From a virus (Duplodnaviria; Caudoviricetes): DNA of 40,280 bases. Both the position numbers and the translations under genes were made by a program. Below are positions 18,048 through 27,709 of this stretch, in pieces (within the stretch, counting starts at the first letter, position 1; every line of letters begins with the position of its first letter). The notes under the pieces are model-generated. The model had not been told where the DNA came from and ran no database searches. It was given only the letters and a program-made list of their open reading frames with translations. The stretch is taken from the IMG/VR virus record IMGVR_UViG_3300007562_000007, positions 1-40,280 of that record; one strand, given 5' to 3'.

Positions 18048-21000
18048 TTAACCTCTATATCCTCTTTCTTTGTTATGGGAATTTACTCCATCAGTAATAC
18101 TTGGGAGCATTTTATAAATTTCGGCTCTTGTTTGTCTTGAGATATCTCCTGTTACATTTAAGTTAACAACAGTTTGACCATTAGAGCTTTTTGCATTATT
18201 TGTTTTTACATCTTTGTATGAAACTTTTTCTATTGGAGGTATCATAGCGCCTGAACCGACAATGCCACCATCTGCAAATTTCATCATGTTTCCTGAATTG
18301 ATTGCAGTTAACAAACCTAGATTTGCTTTGGCAGCTTTGGCATTTACGATAAATTCACCATTGGATACAGCCGCCATGATAGAATCTGATGTACCTGTGC
18401 CTGGACCAACTATTCTTCCGCCATTCGCAAAGCCTAAGAAACCAGCACCTTTGGTAAATATACTCACTACACTTGATAATCCTTCTGAAAGAAATGAACC
18501 AACTTTATCCATCATTCCACCTTGTTTAAATAAACCAGTGAAAGAATCTGAGAAAGTTGAAAATATACCTGATTCAGGAGAAACAACTTTAGTGGCAGAT
18601 TTATCTAAGTCACTTGCAAACTTATCTGTAGCACCTTTAAAGGACATTCCTTCAAACATTTTGGCGGAAGCACTCATACCAGCGCCACCAATAAGCGGGC
18701 TTGAACTTTCTGCAATTTTACTCGCACTCGTTCCCGCACCGGCTAAAGTACCGGCAAAACCACTCGAAAAACCGCCCAAACCTGCCACACTCGCGCCGCC
18801 TGACAGCGCAGTTGCTGCTGCCATGAGTTGGGTAGCGGCCAGCTGAAGCGATGTGCCTGCTGTCGTGAGAGTTACCTCTTGTGATGCTGTATTTGCTATA
18901 TCACTGGCAGACTTATCTCCAAAGATGGAAGCACCAATAGAATAAATGTCTGTTCCAATAGTCTCCATATATTTCTTGGAGCTATCTTCAAATGGTTGCA
19001 TAATACCTGCAGCAAAGTTATCAACAATTGTTGCTGTAACATTGTCTAATGTATTCATTGCAAATTCTTTTAGACTGACATCACCTTTCATTAAATCTCG
19101 GAAATTATTTGTTATTTCCGAAGATACATTTTCTGCAAAAGTTTTTCCAGCTTCTTTAGCCAACTTATGAACATCGTTTGTAACTTTGTCAAACATTGTT
19201 GTGATAGAGTCTTTTAATTGATCCCTTGCATTTAATGCAAGAGCTCTCATTGTTTCATCTTCACTATCTATTTGCAAATCTAAATCTCTAAGACGTTTTA
19301 GAGCAAGCTCCAAATCATCCCGCATTTTATTTGAAAGTTGTTCATAAATTTCTTTATCTAGGTTAACACCAAATTTGGAAAGGTCTTCACTCAATCTTAC
19401 AAAACGTTTAGAAGTACGTCTAATGGCTTCTTCAGTTGCCTTATTTATATCTTCTATATTTTTCTTAATAATTGCTTGAGCAGAATTTCTGGCTTCCTGA
19501 GTAACACCCTTGCCAGCAGCGGCTTGAGTTGTTTTAGCAGCTTCTTTTATTCCTAAAATTAATTTAGAAACATTCAGTAGCTCTGATTCACTGAGTAAGT
19601 TATAGGCTTCTTCACTTAAAGATATATTCAGCTTATCCAATTGCGGTTTCAGCATAGTATACGAAGAACGGAATTCACCAAGAGACGAAAAGGCTTTTTC
19701 CTGTTCAGCCTTACGTTTCATTTCCAATGGTTTTCTCTTTTCTTCTATATTTTTCTTAGCTTCTGAGCCGAGTTTGCCAATTTCAATTTCATCAAGAGCT
19801 CTTGTGCCTTTTACAATTTCACTGGCAGATTCATATAAAGTATTTCTTAAACTATCTGTAGAATTATAGAACTCTTCTAAGGTATAATTTATTTCAGGAA
19901 AAGCTTCATTTATAAGTTGCAATTGATCTTTTAATTGCAAGACATCTTTCTTTGAAGTTTTGTCTGAGTCTGCTGCGCTGACTTTCCCAAGTTTACCGCC
20001 TTTGTCGCTTATTTGAGCCTTTTTCACCAGAGTAGCCAATTGCTTTTTCCAATCTTCTACACTTGATTTTGCAGCTCCAAATTCAACAGAGCCTACTTGA
20101 GCCTTGTCCATGCGCTTTTGTTGTTCATCAATGTATCTCATTGCATTTTCAATGTGCATTGAAATTTCTTGATCAAATTTAGATACATCAATTGGTTTTA
20201 TATTGTAACCGTATTTTGCCAAATCAGCAGATATTTTATTAGCACCTGTCAAATCACCTTGACCGCCCATAAGCGCCTTGGCAATGTCTTCTCCTGCAGT
20301 TGGAAAGCTTTTGGAAACACCTTTAAAGAGTTTAGTGGCTTCATCCAATATGCTCTTTTCAGGAGTTATAGGAGTTTTAACCAAACCTCCTGTTTCTTTG
20401 AGGTCACGTATGGCTACCGAGATTGCATCCGTAGAATTTTTATTTTCCAACAGTAATGTAGGTATTCTTGTAAACTCATTATTTAGCTTTATATCTACTG
20501 GATTTTTGATATCTAATATTTCTAAAGCCTTTCCAGAAGTTTTTCCAACTCTGGCCATGAATTCTTCCGCAGATAATTGTCTACTTTCTGAGGAACCAGT
20601 CACTAAACCACCTGCAGAAAAAGTACCTATAGAACCACTATTTATCTTTTCTAAAAGAGGTAAAAATTTACTGGTTGACTTAGCATTGACAACAAATTCA
20701 CCATTGGATAACATTGCTGGTATTGAATCTGAAGTGCCGCTTCCAGGACCACTTATAAAGCCGCCATTTGCTTTATTTAGACCAAAGAAATTTCCACGGT
20801 CACGCGTTCCAGTTGAATTACTATTAGCCCAACTTCCATAGCCGGTGTCAGGCTTTAATTCCATAGACCTAGCGGTTGTTTTTCCAATTGTTTCGCTAAG
20901 AGATGATATAGCTTTTGCTAATTCTTCAAATTCCTTAACAGTAGGTATTATTATTTCATAAAGATCTTTTAAGATTCTTGGTATTTTGTCTACAAATACA

Positions 21001-24000
21001 TCATACCACATTTTAAGACCTGAAGTAGTTTCATCAATAAACCATGAAATAAATCCTACAACTTTCTGTGTAATATCATAAGTTGTTGGCATTTCTCTTT
21101 GGAATGTAGCACCAGCCTGTGCTTTCCAAGCTTCAGGTAATCTTTTGAATAAATTATAAGCTCCAACAAATGCAGTGACCAGAACAGTAGCACCCAATAC
21201 CCACCAATTTGCTCTGAACACTGTGGCAAATATCAGTCCAGCAATACCGCTTATTGATCTAATTAAAACTTCAGCTGCGGCAACACCAATTCCAGCTCCA
21301 ATAGCTTGTGTAACAGAAGCTGTGAACATTATTAAGCCCACTTTAGCCCAACCTGAGAAGCCTGTCAAACCTCTGGCCATGTCAATTCCAAGCTGAATAC
21401 CTGCAACACCACCTATTGTACCACCTGCAGTGGCTCCAATATTCACCATACCTTGCCTAAATTCTGCAGCTCTGGTTTGTAAATGTGTAGTGATTGCACC
21501 AATTCGTTCATCTAATCTTGCAAGATTATTTCCAAACGTTTGTAATCTTTCGGGTAAATCTCTAACAGCAGCAGATGTTCTATCAAAGTCTCTTCGTGCG
21601 GCAATGGCTGTTCTAAGAACATCCGCATTAAAGCCGCCTCCAAATCGTGTCACATCACCTGCTCTGGCTGCATCTATGGCAGCTCTGCGACCTATTGCTG
21701 CACCTGAAGCGTCTTGTATTGCAGAAGCATTTCTGATTGCATCCCTATAAGCTGCAGCGGCTCTTGTATTTGCTGTACGAGTTTGTGGTTCATAAGACTC
21801 TGACATTGCAGCCGCCATGCGTCTTTCGCGTCTTAACATTATTCTGTCAAATGCTCTACCTGCATCCAACATTGCAGTTGTGGGCGCTCTTGCAACAGTC
21901 AAGAAAGCGTTTAATAAACCTTCTCTGGCACTTTCAAAGACAACTGAGGTCTTTAACACTAAAGATAATAAACCCAAAGGTTCAAATATTACACTCTTCT
22001 TCCAAAACATTTTAATGAAAGAATCTACAGTATCTACAAGAGTTTCTGCAATACCTTTATAAAAATCATTTAAAGTTTTCTTTTCAACGATTTTCTTTGT
22101 AAACAAAGCCCAAGCTGTTGTCAAGGCACTTAGTAATATTGTTCTTATCCAACCTGGATCAAATATTTTATTTATTGCCATACCCAATGAAGAGGCTATC
22201 GCAATCGTAATAGGAACTTGCCAATTTGTTGGAAATGCATTGATAAAATCATGCATAGGTAATCTTTTCTCTTGAGTTCTTTGTTTACCAGAACCTACGA
22301 AAGCTGATGTATCGACATTTCTTCCAAATAACTGGCCAGGAATCATATCCTTCATACCTGCCATTTGTTTGAACATACGCACGATTGTAGTATCTTGTAT
22401 CTTAAAAGACAATACATTACGTATTTCTTTTGCTGTGGCAAGCACACGATCCCATATACTTAAGTCTTCATTTGTAAAAACATTTGCAATTGATAGATAA
22501 GCCGTTTTATCTGTAGCTATTGCTATTGTTGCAAGTACCGCAGCAATTGCAGTCAGATAACCAAGAATTGGCAATAATTGTGCGCCTATTAACATTAGGT
22601 CTGTTCTAAATCTGTAGAGTAATGTTAAACTTAATGCCAAAGAAGCTGTAAATACTTTACTGTTGAATGCTGAAAATATGCTTTCAAACTTTTGATTTAC
22701 TTTCTTAGAAAATTCATTAATATAGTCTAAAGGTGTTCCTAGTAATTTTCCGAACCATTTGATAACTCCGTCCACAAGATCTGGAACCCACGAATGTCCA
22801 ATTACTCTATCATAAATCCAGAAAAACCAACCCTCTACTTTCTTAGCCCATTTTTCAACAAAACTAAGTACTGGTTTTAAATTTGGAAATATCTTTTCTA
22901 CATCAATTGAAGTGACTTTAATTTTTATACTTTGAAAAAAGTCTTGTACAAATACTTTTAATTTAGAAAAACCACTTTTTAAATTATCTATGAATGCTAC
23001 ATTAGACAGTCTTTCTGACATTTTCTCATAAAATGCCTTAAACTCTGATAAAGCGCCTTTTGCGCCCATAGACACAATGTCTAATATATTTTTTAAAATA
23101 TCACCAAGTGACAGCGAAGCCAGAAAGGTCAGCTCTTCAACCAAGCCTAGTGCTTCTGCAGCATATTTTACAAAAGCTTTGATTGAAGTAATGCTATCCA
23201 TCATTGCATTTAAAACACTGGTTTTTATGGCTAGCATATTGTAGTCAAAATACTCTGCAAAATTTGCAATATATTTTGCTAAATTGTTTATAGCATCTGC
23301 AATATCACCCGTAGATGATAAAAAGTAATTTATTGTGGAATTTAATAGCATTTTGAGAGATAGCCATAAATTATCAAAGGCTCCTTCAAAAGTGACTTTC
23401 ATTTGAGAAAACATGCGATCAATTTCCATTCCACTTTCTATGATCGCTTTCATGACTTGATTAGGTATCAATAAACCCTCTTTAGCCATTTCTCTCAAGT
23501 TTTCTATACTACCCTTAGCAAACTTATTTGCCAATACTTTAGCCAATACAGTCGCATTTTCTGTGATGGATTTAAACTCATCACCTGCTAATGTGCCTGA
23601 GCCCATAGCTTGTCCAAATTGCTGTAAGGTACTTGCTGTCTCTTGGGCAGTAGCTCCTGTTATTTTTAAAGACTTAGAAACAAGTTCTGTTGTTCTTAAT
23701 ATTTCGGATTGAGAAGCCCCTATTTGATCAGCTGATATGCTTAATCTAGAATACAATGAAGCTACTGAGCCTAAATCGGCTCTTGTAGATATTGCAATAG
23801 CTTTAACTCTTGAAAGAGAACTTGTAAATTCATCTTGTGATTTTGTGGCTACTTTAATTCTATTTTCTAAATTGGTAAATTCATCTATTTGTTTTGTTAA
23901 GAATTTTGTAACTGCCACTGTTCCAAAAGCTATTGCTATGGCCTTAGAAGTGTCTATAAAGGAGTTTTTTACAGATTGTACTGAATTATTTATATCATTT

Positions 24001-24080
24001 ACAGAGGCTTCTAACTTTGCTAAGTCGGCTCTAGCAGCTTTTGAATCTGAAACTGTACGTAATACAATCGCCATATTCAC
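18048..24080 (-). CDS. tail tape measure protein
   Basis: 2010 aa; N-terminal tape-measure domain (LQQFGQAMGSGTLAGDEFKSITEN), hydrophobic segments, two ANGGxIxGPGxGTSDSI...SNGEFxVNAK motifs; start may be ATG 24074. Confidence 0.95.
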   Translation of the reverse strand: MNMAIVLRTVSDSKAARADLAKLEASVNDINNSVQSVKNSFIDTSKAIAIAFGTVAVTKFLTKQIDEFTNLENRIKVATKSQDEFTSSLSRVKAIAISTRADLGSVASLYSRLSISADQIGASQSEILRTTELVSKSLKITGATAQETASTLQQFGQAMGSGTLAGDEFKSITENATVLAKVLANKFAKGSIENLREMAKEGLLIPNQVMKAIIESGMEIDRMFSQMKVTFEGAFDNLWLSLKMLLNSTINYFLSSTGDIADAINNLAKYIANFAEYFDYNMLAIKTSVLNAMMDSITSIKAFVKYAAEALGLVEELTFLASLSLGDILKNILDIVSMGAKGALSEFKAFYEKMSERLSNVAFIDNLKSGFSKLKVFVQDFFQSIKIKVTSIDVEKIFPNLKPVLSFVEKWAKKVEGWFFWIYDRVIGHSWVPDLVDGVIKWFGKLLGTPLDYINEFSKKVNQKFESIFSAFNSKVFTASLALSLTLLYRFRTDLMLIGAQLLPILGYLTAIAAVLATIAIATDKTAYLSIANVFTNEDLSIWDRVLATAKEIRNVLSFKIQDTTIVRMFKQMAGMKDMIPGQLFGRNVDTSAFVGSGKQRTQEKRLPMHDFINAFPTNWQVPITIAIASSLGMAINKIFDPGWIRTILLSALTTAWALFTKKIVEKKTLNDFYKGIAETLVDTVDSFIKMFWKKSVIFEPLGLLSLVLKTSVVFESAREGLLNAFLTVARAPTTAMLDAGRAFDRIMLRRERRMAAAMSESYEPQTRTANTRAAAAYRDAIRNASAIQDASGAAIGRRAAIDAARAGDVTRFGGGFNADVLRTAIAARRDFDRTSAAVRDLPERLQTFGNNLARLDERIGAITTHLQTRAAEFRQGMVNIGATAGGTIGGVAGIQLGIDMARGLTGFSGWAKVGLIMFTASVTQAIGAGIGVAAAEVLIRSISGIAGLIFATVFRANWWVLGATVLVTAFVGAYNLFKRLPEAWKAQAGATFQREMPTTYDITQKVVGFISWFIDETTSGLKMWYDVFVDKIPRILKDLYEIIIPTVKEFEELAKAISSLSETIGKTTARSMELKPDTGYGSWANSNSTGTRDRGNFFGLNKANGGFISGPGSGTSDSIPAMLSNGEFVVNAKSTSKFLPLLEKINSGSIGTFSAGGLVTGSSESRQLSAEEFMARVGKTSGKALEILDIKNPVDIKLNNEFTRIPTLLLENKNSTDAISVAIRDLKETGGLVKTPITPEKSILDEATKLFKGVSKSFPTAGEDIAKALMGGQGDLTGANKISADLAKYGYNIKPIDVSKFDQEISMHIENAMRYIDEQQKRMDKAQVGSVEFGAAKSSVEDWKKQLATLVKKAQISDKGGKLGKVSAADSDKTSKKDVLQLKDQLQLINEAFPEINYTLEEFYNSTDSLRNTLYESASEIVKGTRALDEIEIGKLGSEAKKNIEEKRKPLEMKRKAEQEKAFSSLGEFRSSYTMLKPQLDKLNISLSEEAYNLLSESELLNVSKLILGIKEAAKTTQAAAGKGVTQEARNSAQAIIKKNIEDINKATEEAIRRTSKRFVRLSEDLSKFGVNLDKEIYEQLSNKMRDDLELALKRLRDLDLQIDSEDETMRALALNARDQLKDSITTMFDKVTNDVHKLAKEAGKTFAENVSSEITNNFRDLMKGDVSLKEFAMNTLDNVTATIVDNFAAGIMQPFEDSSKKYMETIGTDIYSIGASIFGDKSASDIANTASQEVTLTTAGTSLQLAATQLMAAATALSGGASVAGLGGFSSGFAGTLAGAGTSASKIAESSSPLIGGAGMSASAKMFEGMSFKGATDKFASDLDKSATKVVSPESGIFSTFSDSFTGLFKQGGMMDKVGSFLSEGLSSVVSIFTKGAGFLGFANGGRIVGPGTGTSDSIMAAVSNGEFIVNAKAAKANLGLLTAINSGNMMKFADGGIVGSGAMIPPIEKVSYKDVKTNNAKSSNGQTVVNLNVTGDISRQTRAEIYKMLPSITDGVNSHNKERGYRG

Positions 24081-24086
24081 ACCTTG

Positions 24087-24116
24087 AAAAAAAGCCTAAA
24101 GCAAAAAGCTTCAGGC
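24087..24116 (-). terminator. intrinsic terminator upstream of tape measure gene
   Basis: GCCTGAAGC-TTTTT-GCTTTAGGC followed by T7 on the minus strand. Confidence 0.75.
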
Positions 24117-24446
24117 ATCATTGATTATTTGAACTTCAACTATAGTTCCAATAGGGCTTCCATATTTCAATGCAGTCCTCTCCACAAAGTAACGTGGAGC
24201 CTGTTTAGATGAGCCTTGATTTAAATATTGTATATAATCTGTAGTATTTCTTATTTCTGTTACGCTATTGATTTTACGTATTTCCCACGAATCTCTAGCG
24301 TTACCTGTATCAACAGGTGTTTCTTCTTTTAATTCTGCAAGTAATTTTTTGTTTATTACAGAACTTTGTTTTTCAACTTCAGAGTCAACTTGAAGTTTTA
24401 AATCTTGAAATGCTTTCTTTACATCGACAAGTTTGATCTTGATCAT
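24111..24446 (-). CDS. HK97 gp10-like tail completion/neck protein
   Basis: TPVDTGNARDSW and YIQYLNQGSSKQAPRYFVE motifs. Confidence 0.85.
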   Translation of the reverse strand: MIKIKLVDVKKAFQDLKLQVDSEVEKQSSVINKKLLAELKEETPVDTGNARDSWEIRKINSVTEIRNTTDYIQYLNQGSSKQAPRYFVERTALKYGSPIGTIVEVQIINDA

Positions 24447-24784
24447 AGGTTTAACTTATCGCCTCCTACCGCTGTCATCATCTTGCTAAATATTCCTGAA
24501 CTTTTTAGATTTTGCAATGAGATTTTACCGTCTTCATTTTGAACAGTTTTCTTATTATTGTATATGGCATCTAATGATCCAAATATAGTCCAAGGTTTTT
24601 CTTTTACACCTTGAGTTTGTAATACTTTAAATGTACGATCATCACTACGCCAGTCTACAGGTCTTCTTTCAAAGTAATGGAACCAACCCAACAGCTCATC
24701 GTAAGGCATTTCTTTCAATAATTTATAAATTGGAATTTTAAGATGAAATGCTATTTCATAAATAGATAACATTTCATCATCCAA
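24443..24784 (-). CDS. tail assembly chaperone C-terminal (gpT-like) segment, expressed by -1 frameshift
   Basis: in the -1 frame behind a GGGAAAG slippery site; EIAFHL...EMPYDELLGW pattern of gpT-like regions. Confidence 0.85.
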   Translation of the reverse strand: MDDEMLSIYEIAFHLKIPIYKLLKEMPYDELLGWFHYFERRPVDWRSDDRTFKVLQTQGVKEKPWTIFGSLDAIYNNKKTVQNEDGKISLQNLKSSGIFSKMMTAVGGDKLNL

Positions 24785-24786
24785 TT

Positions 24787-25092
24787 CTACTTTCCCGCCT
24801 CTTGGCCTATGCCGGAAAATTTCATAATTTCATTGGAAAGTTTTGTCAACTCGTCCATAGGAAATGTATCAAAATCTTGATCAGAAAGATCTTCTCCACC
24901 ATCTACGGCAGAACGAATTACTGTGCGTAAAACATCAAAACTGGCTTCTTCATTACCTTCAATGCCTTTAGCTTTCTCTTGGATTTCCAAAACTTCTGAA
25001 ACACTAAGTTTAGAAATCTTAATATCTTCACCCATGAATTTAACCGATTTGGTCATTTTACGACCAACTAAGCTTTTGATACCTTCTGCCAT
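24787..25092 (-). CDS. tail assembly chaperone (gpG-like)
   Basis: AAGGA SD before MAEGIK at 25092; lies between tail tube and TMP; ends in the slippery site. Confidence 0.85.
   Translation of the reverse strand: MAEGIKSLVGRKMTKSVKFMGEDIKISKLSVSEVLEIQEKAKGIEGNEEASFDVLRTVIRSAVDGGEDLSDQDFDTFPMDELTKLSNEIMKFSGIGQEAGK
24790..24796 (-). promoter_or_regulatory. programmed -1 ribosomal frameshift site GGGAAAG
   Basis: minus strand GCG GGA AAG TAG; the -1 frame reads GTA GAA TTG GAT into the next ORF; same heptamer as lambda G-T. Confidence 0.85.
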
Positions 25093-25093
25093 T

Positions 25094-25330
25094 TTATTGT
25101 CCTTTGAAATCTTCGGAATGTTGAGCTTGGAAGTCATCCAACTGTTTCCTCATTGTATGTAAAACTGAAAGTGTTTTGAACACTTCCTCTGATTTTTCTC
25201 TATTGCCATCAAACTCAGCAACTCTTGCAAATGTTTTGCGGATACTGATGTCGATTGACTTTCTCATATGCTTAGCCGTTACGCGTAACACATAACTGGC
25301 ACTAAACGGTTTTTGATTGATATCTTCCAT
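25094..25330 (-). CDS. hypothetical helical protein
   Basis: 78-aa ORF with AGGT SD, abutting the chaperone gene. Confidence 0.75.
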   Translation of the reverse strand: MEDINQKPFSASYVLRVTAKHMRKSIDISIRKTFARVAEFDGNREKSEEVFKTLSVLHTMRKQLDDFQAQHSEDFKGQ

Positions 25331-25344
25331 ATAATACCTAAATA

Positions 25345-25497
25345 TTATGAAAGCTTATGTAATGTACCGCAGACTGTGCATTTAGCGTGTTTCTTTTGGT
25401 TATGGTTACATACTCTCATATTTTTGCCATATTTTTTATCTTGATAATTGGCACTTGGTGTATCTGTGCAATTACATTTTATGATTGATAAAGACAT
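25345..25497 (-). CDS. 50-aa Zn-ribbon-like protein (not in ORF track)
   Basis: GAGG SD; MSLSIIKCNCTDTPSANYQDKKYGKNMRVCNHNQKKHAKCTVCGTLHKLS with CxC and CxxC. Confidence 0.75.
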   Translation of the reverse strand: MSLSIIKCNCTDTPSANYQDKKYGKNMRVCNHNQKKHAKCTVCGTLHKLS

Positions 25498-25512
25498 AAT
25501 AAGCCTCATTGT

Positions 25513-25539
25513 AAAAGTTGGGTGGCTGTTACACCACCC
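25513..25539 (-). terminator. probable terminator after tail tube genes
   Basis: GGGTGG/CCACCC stem with a short T-run. Confidence 0.55.
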
Positions 25540-25547
25540 GTTATTAA

Positions 25548-26336
25548 TTATACAGTATAAGCACCGTAGAAATCAGATTGAACTGAAATTGTCAAGGTGG
25601 CAGTGTTTGCATCTGTCAATTGAGGATTGATCAATAAAGATTCAACTTTACCGTACCAATACCATAAACTGTTGGATACTTCGCCAATACCTACAGAAGT
25701 AATTACACCAGCACCTGTTGCAGGAGGAGTACCACCTGTAAAGCCAGTTGCATCAAAAGTAATTACACCAGTACCTGTGTTGATTGTAGTTACTCTACCA
25801 TATTTAGTGGTAGGAGTTGCAGTATTGACTAAAACTTGGCCTACTTCAACAGAAGCTGCTTGCGCAACAGAAGTTACACTTGTAGCTGTAGAAGCTGTAG
25901 GAGTAATAGCAATACCTGAACTATAATTTACAGGTTGAGAATTTAACAATGCAAATCTAAAACCATATTGAACACCATTACCGACAGAAGCACCTAACAA
26001 TGTACCAGAAGCCCAATCGCTAGGTACATAGTTGAGTGTCAATTCGATTGTAGGCGCATCAGCTTGGCCTTGAACTTGACGAGAAGTTTTAGAGCCATAC
26101 TGGGCTACTTGTACGATATTTGCAGGAGTGCCGATTGAAGGAAACTCTCTAACATTTTGTACACGTACATAAGTATTTGCAGCCTTGGTGCCACTTGTTG
26201 TGATTTCATCTAAGAACAATGCTTGCCATTCAGCTGCGGTATCAATACCTGCACTTGAAAAAGTATAGTCTGTCAACGGAAATGCAACAGCCAAATCAGT
26301 AAACAGTCCAGCACCAATTGAAGAGATATGAGCCAT
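25548..26336 (-). CDS. tail tube protein paralogue 2, with inserted beta-rich domain
   Basis: VREFPSIGTPANIV...GQADAPTIELTLNYVP tail-tube motif; roughly 65-aa T/V/G-rich insertion relative to paralogue 1. Confidence 0.85.
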   Translation of the reverse strand: MAHISSIGAGLFTDLAVAFPLTDYTFSSAGIDTAAEWQALFLDEITTSGTKAANTYVRVQNVREFPSIGTPANIVQVAQYGSKTSRQVQGQADAPTIELTLNYVPSDWASGTLLGASVGNGVQYGFRFALLNSQPVNYSSGIAITPTASTATSVTSVAQAASVEVGQVLVNTATPTTKYGRVTTINTGTGVITFDATGFTGGTPPATGAGVITSVGIGEVSNSLWYWYGKVESLLINPQLTDANTATLTISVQSDFYGAYTV

Positions 26337-26346
26337 AAATTACCCC

Positions 26347-26949
26347 TTAAATTGTGTAAGAACCATAAAAGTCTGATTGTACAGAAATGGTTAAAGTGGC
26401 TGTGTTGGCATCAGTCAATTGTGGATTGATCAATAAAGATTCCAATTTACCTACCCAGAACCATTGGCTATTTTCTTTTGTGCCTAAGCCTGCAACCAAT
26501 GAGCCGTAAGCTGTAGGTTGTGCATTTAAAAGCGCAAAACGAATCGGGTATTGATTGCCATCGGCAACTTTCTTACCCAATACACTTGTAGATGACCAGT
26601 CATTTGGTACATAGTTCAATGTAATTTCGATTGTAGGCGCATCAGCTTGGCCTTGAACTTGACGAGAAGTTTTAGAACCATATTGAGCAACTTGAACAAT
26701 ATTGGCTGGAGTACCAATTGAAGGAAATTCACGAACGTTTTGAATACGTACGAATTGACCAACTGCTGCGGCTACAGTGCCATTTGCGGCTACTTCAGAA
26801 CCACAAAAAGGGCCTGTGGTAATATTTAACCATGTTGCAGAGCTATTGAAAGCTGCAAGTTCGGCTGAAGTCCAAGTACCGTCTCCAGTCTTGACTCCCA
26901 CAGCCAGATCGGTGTATAAACCTGCACCGATTGAAGAAATGTGTGCCAT
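26347..26949 (-). CDS. tail tube (major tail) protein paralogue 1
   Basis: same motifs; follows the tail terminator gene. Confidence 0.85.
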   Translation of the reverse strand: MAHISSIGAGLYTDLAVGVKTGDGTWTSAELAAFNSSATWLNITTGPFCGSEVAANGTVAAAVGQFVRIQNVREFPSIGTPANIVQVAQYGSKTSRQVQGQADAPTIEITLNYVPNDWSSTSVLGKKVADGNQYPIRFALLNAQPTAYGSLVAGLGTKENSQWFWVGKLESLLINPQLTDANTATLTISVQSDFYGSYTI

Positions 26950-27357
26950 TTAATCGACTCCGAAAAAATTAAAAGGTATTGTATATTTTGCTCTAAATAG
27001 AGATTTATTGTCAGTGTCTATTCCAACAAAATCCAAAGAACTTAACGAAAATTGAGTTATAACTCCTGTTCGTACTTCTAAGGATTTACCCACTAAATAA
27101 GCATCCAATTTATCTGCTATAAAGTTAGATCGTTGAGGACCAATACCTGCAGATGTAAATATGTCTATAATCAAAATACCTGATACAGACGCAGTATTTA
27201 AACCTGTACTGCTCGGAATTACAGAGAGTCTAATGAACTCACCGTCAATAGTACTTGCGGTGAAATTCATAGGAACTGTTTTTATATTTTCATTTTTCCA
27301 TGTCTGTCTATCAAACACAGAAAATACAGAGTTTTGTAAGTCTGTAAATTTACCCAT
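26950..27357 (-). CDS. tail terminator-like protein
   Basis: position; GILIIDIFTSAGIG...IADKLD...YTIPF pattern. Confidence 0.7.
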   Translation of the reverse strand: MGKFTDLQNSVFSVFDRQTWKNENIKTVPMNFTASTIDGEFIRLSVIPSSTGLNTASVSGILIIDIFTSAGIGPQRSNFIADKLDAYLVGKSLEVRTGVITQFSLSSLDFVGIDTDNKSLFRAKYTIPFNFFGVD

Positions 27358-27709
27358 TTGAAGTTTCCCTCACAACATTGAACAACGATATATAACCATC
27401 GTCCAGTATGCTTTCAGTTATCTTCCAAGTCTCATTGTTGTATACAATAGAATCAAATAGAGATAGTGAACCAATAGCTTCAGTATTAGTTAAAATTTCC
27501 ATTGTTTTGACGTTTCTATCTTTAGAACCTGTTTTCTTTTTAACCACAATAATTTTATTTGTTATTGTTTCAGAAGTACTTGTTGCCAAGCCGGTTCCAA
27601 AATTGAAATCTGAAGAAGTTTTCTTAACAAAGTCCACTTCTTCAGCAAGATCTTTTAACAATTTTAAAGCTAAGTTTAAATTTGAATTTATCAGTCCTTT
27701 ATAGCTCAT
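27350..27709 (-). CDS. head closure (stopper)-like protein
   Basis: position after the adaptor; beta-rich 119 aa. Confidence 0.65.
   Translation of the reverse strand: MSYKGLINSNLNLALKLLKDLAEEVDFVKKTSSDFNFGTGLATSTSETITNKIIVVKKKTGSKDRNVKTMEILTNTEAIGSLSLFDSIVYNNETWKITESILDDGYISLFNVVRETSNG

Noticed and set aside
18214-23000. Long plus-strand ORFs (e.g. 18214-18846, 20278-20841, 21430-21750)
   Set aside because: Antisense shadows of the tape measure gene with no recognisable motifs; the same applies to other plus-strand ORFs in the window
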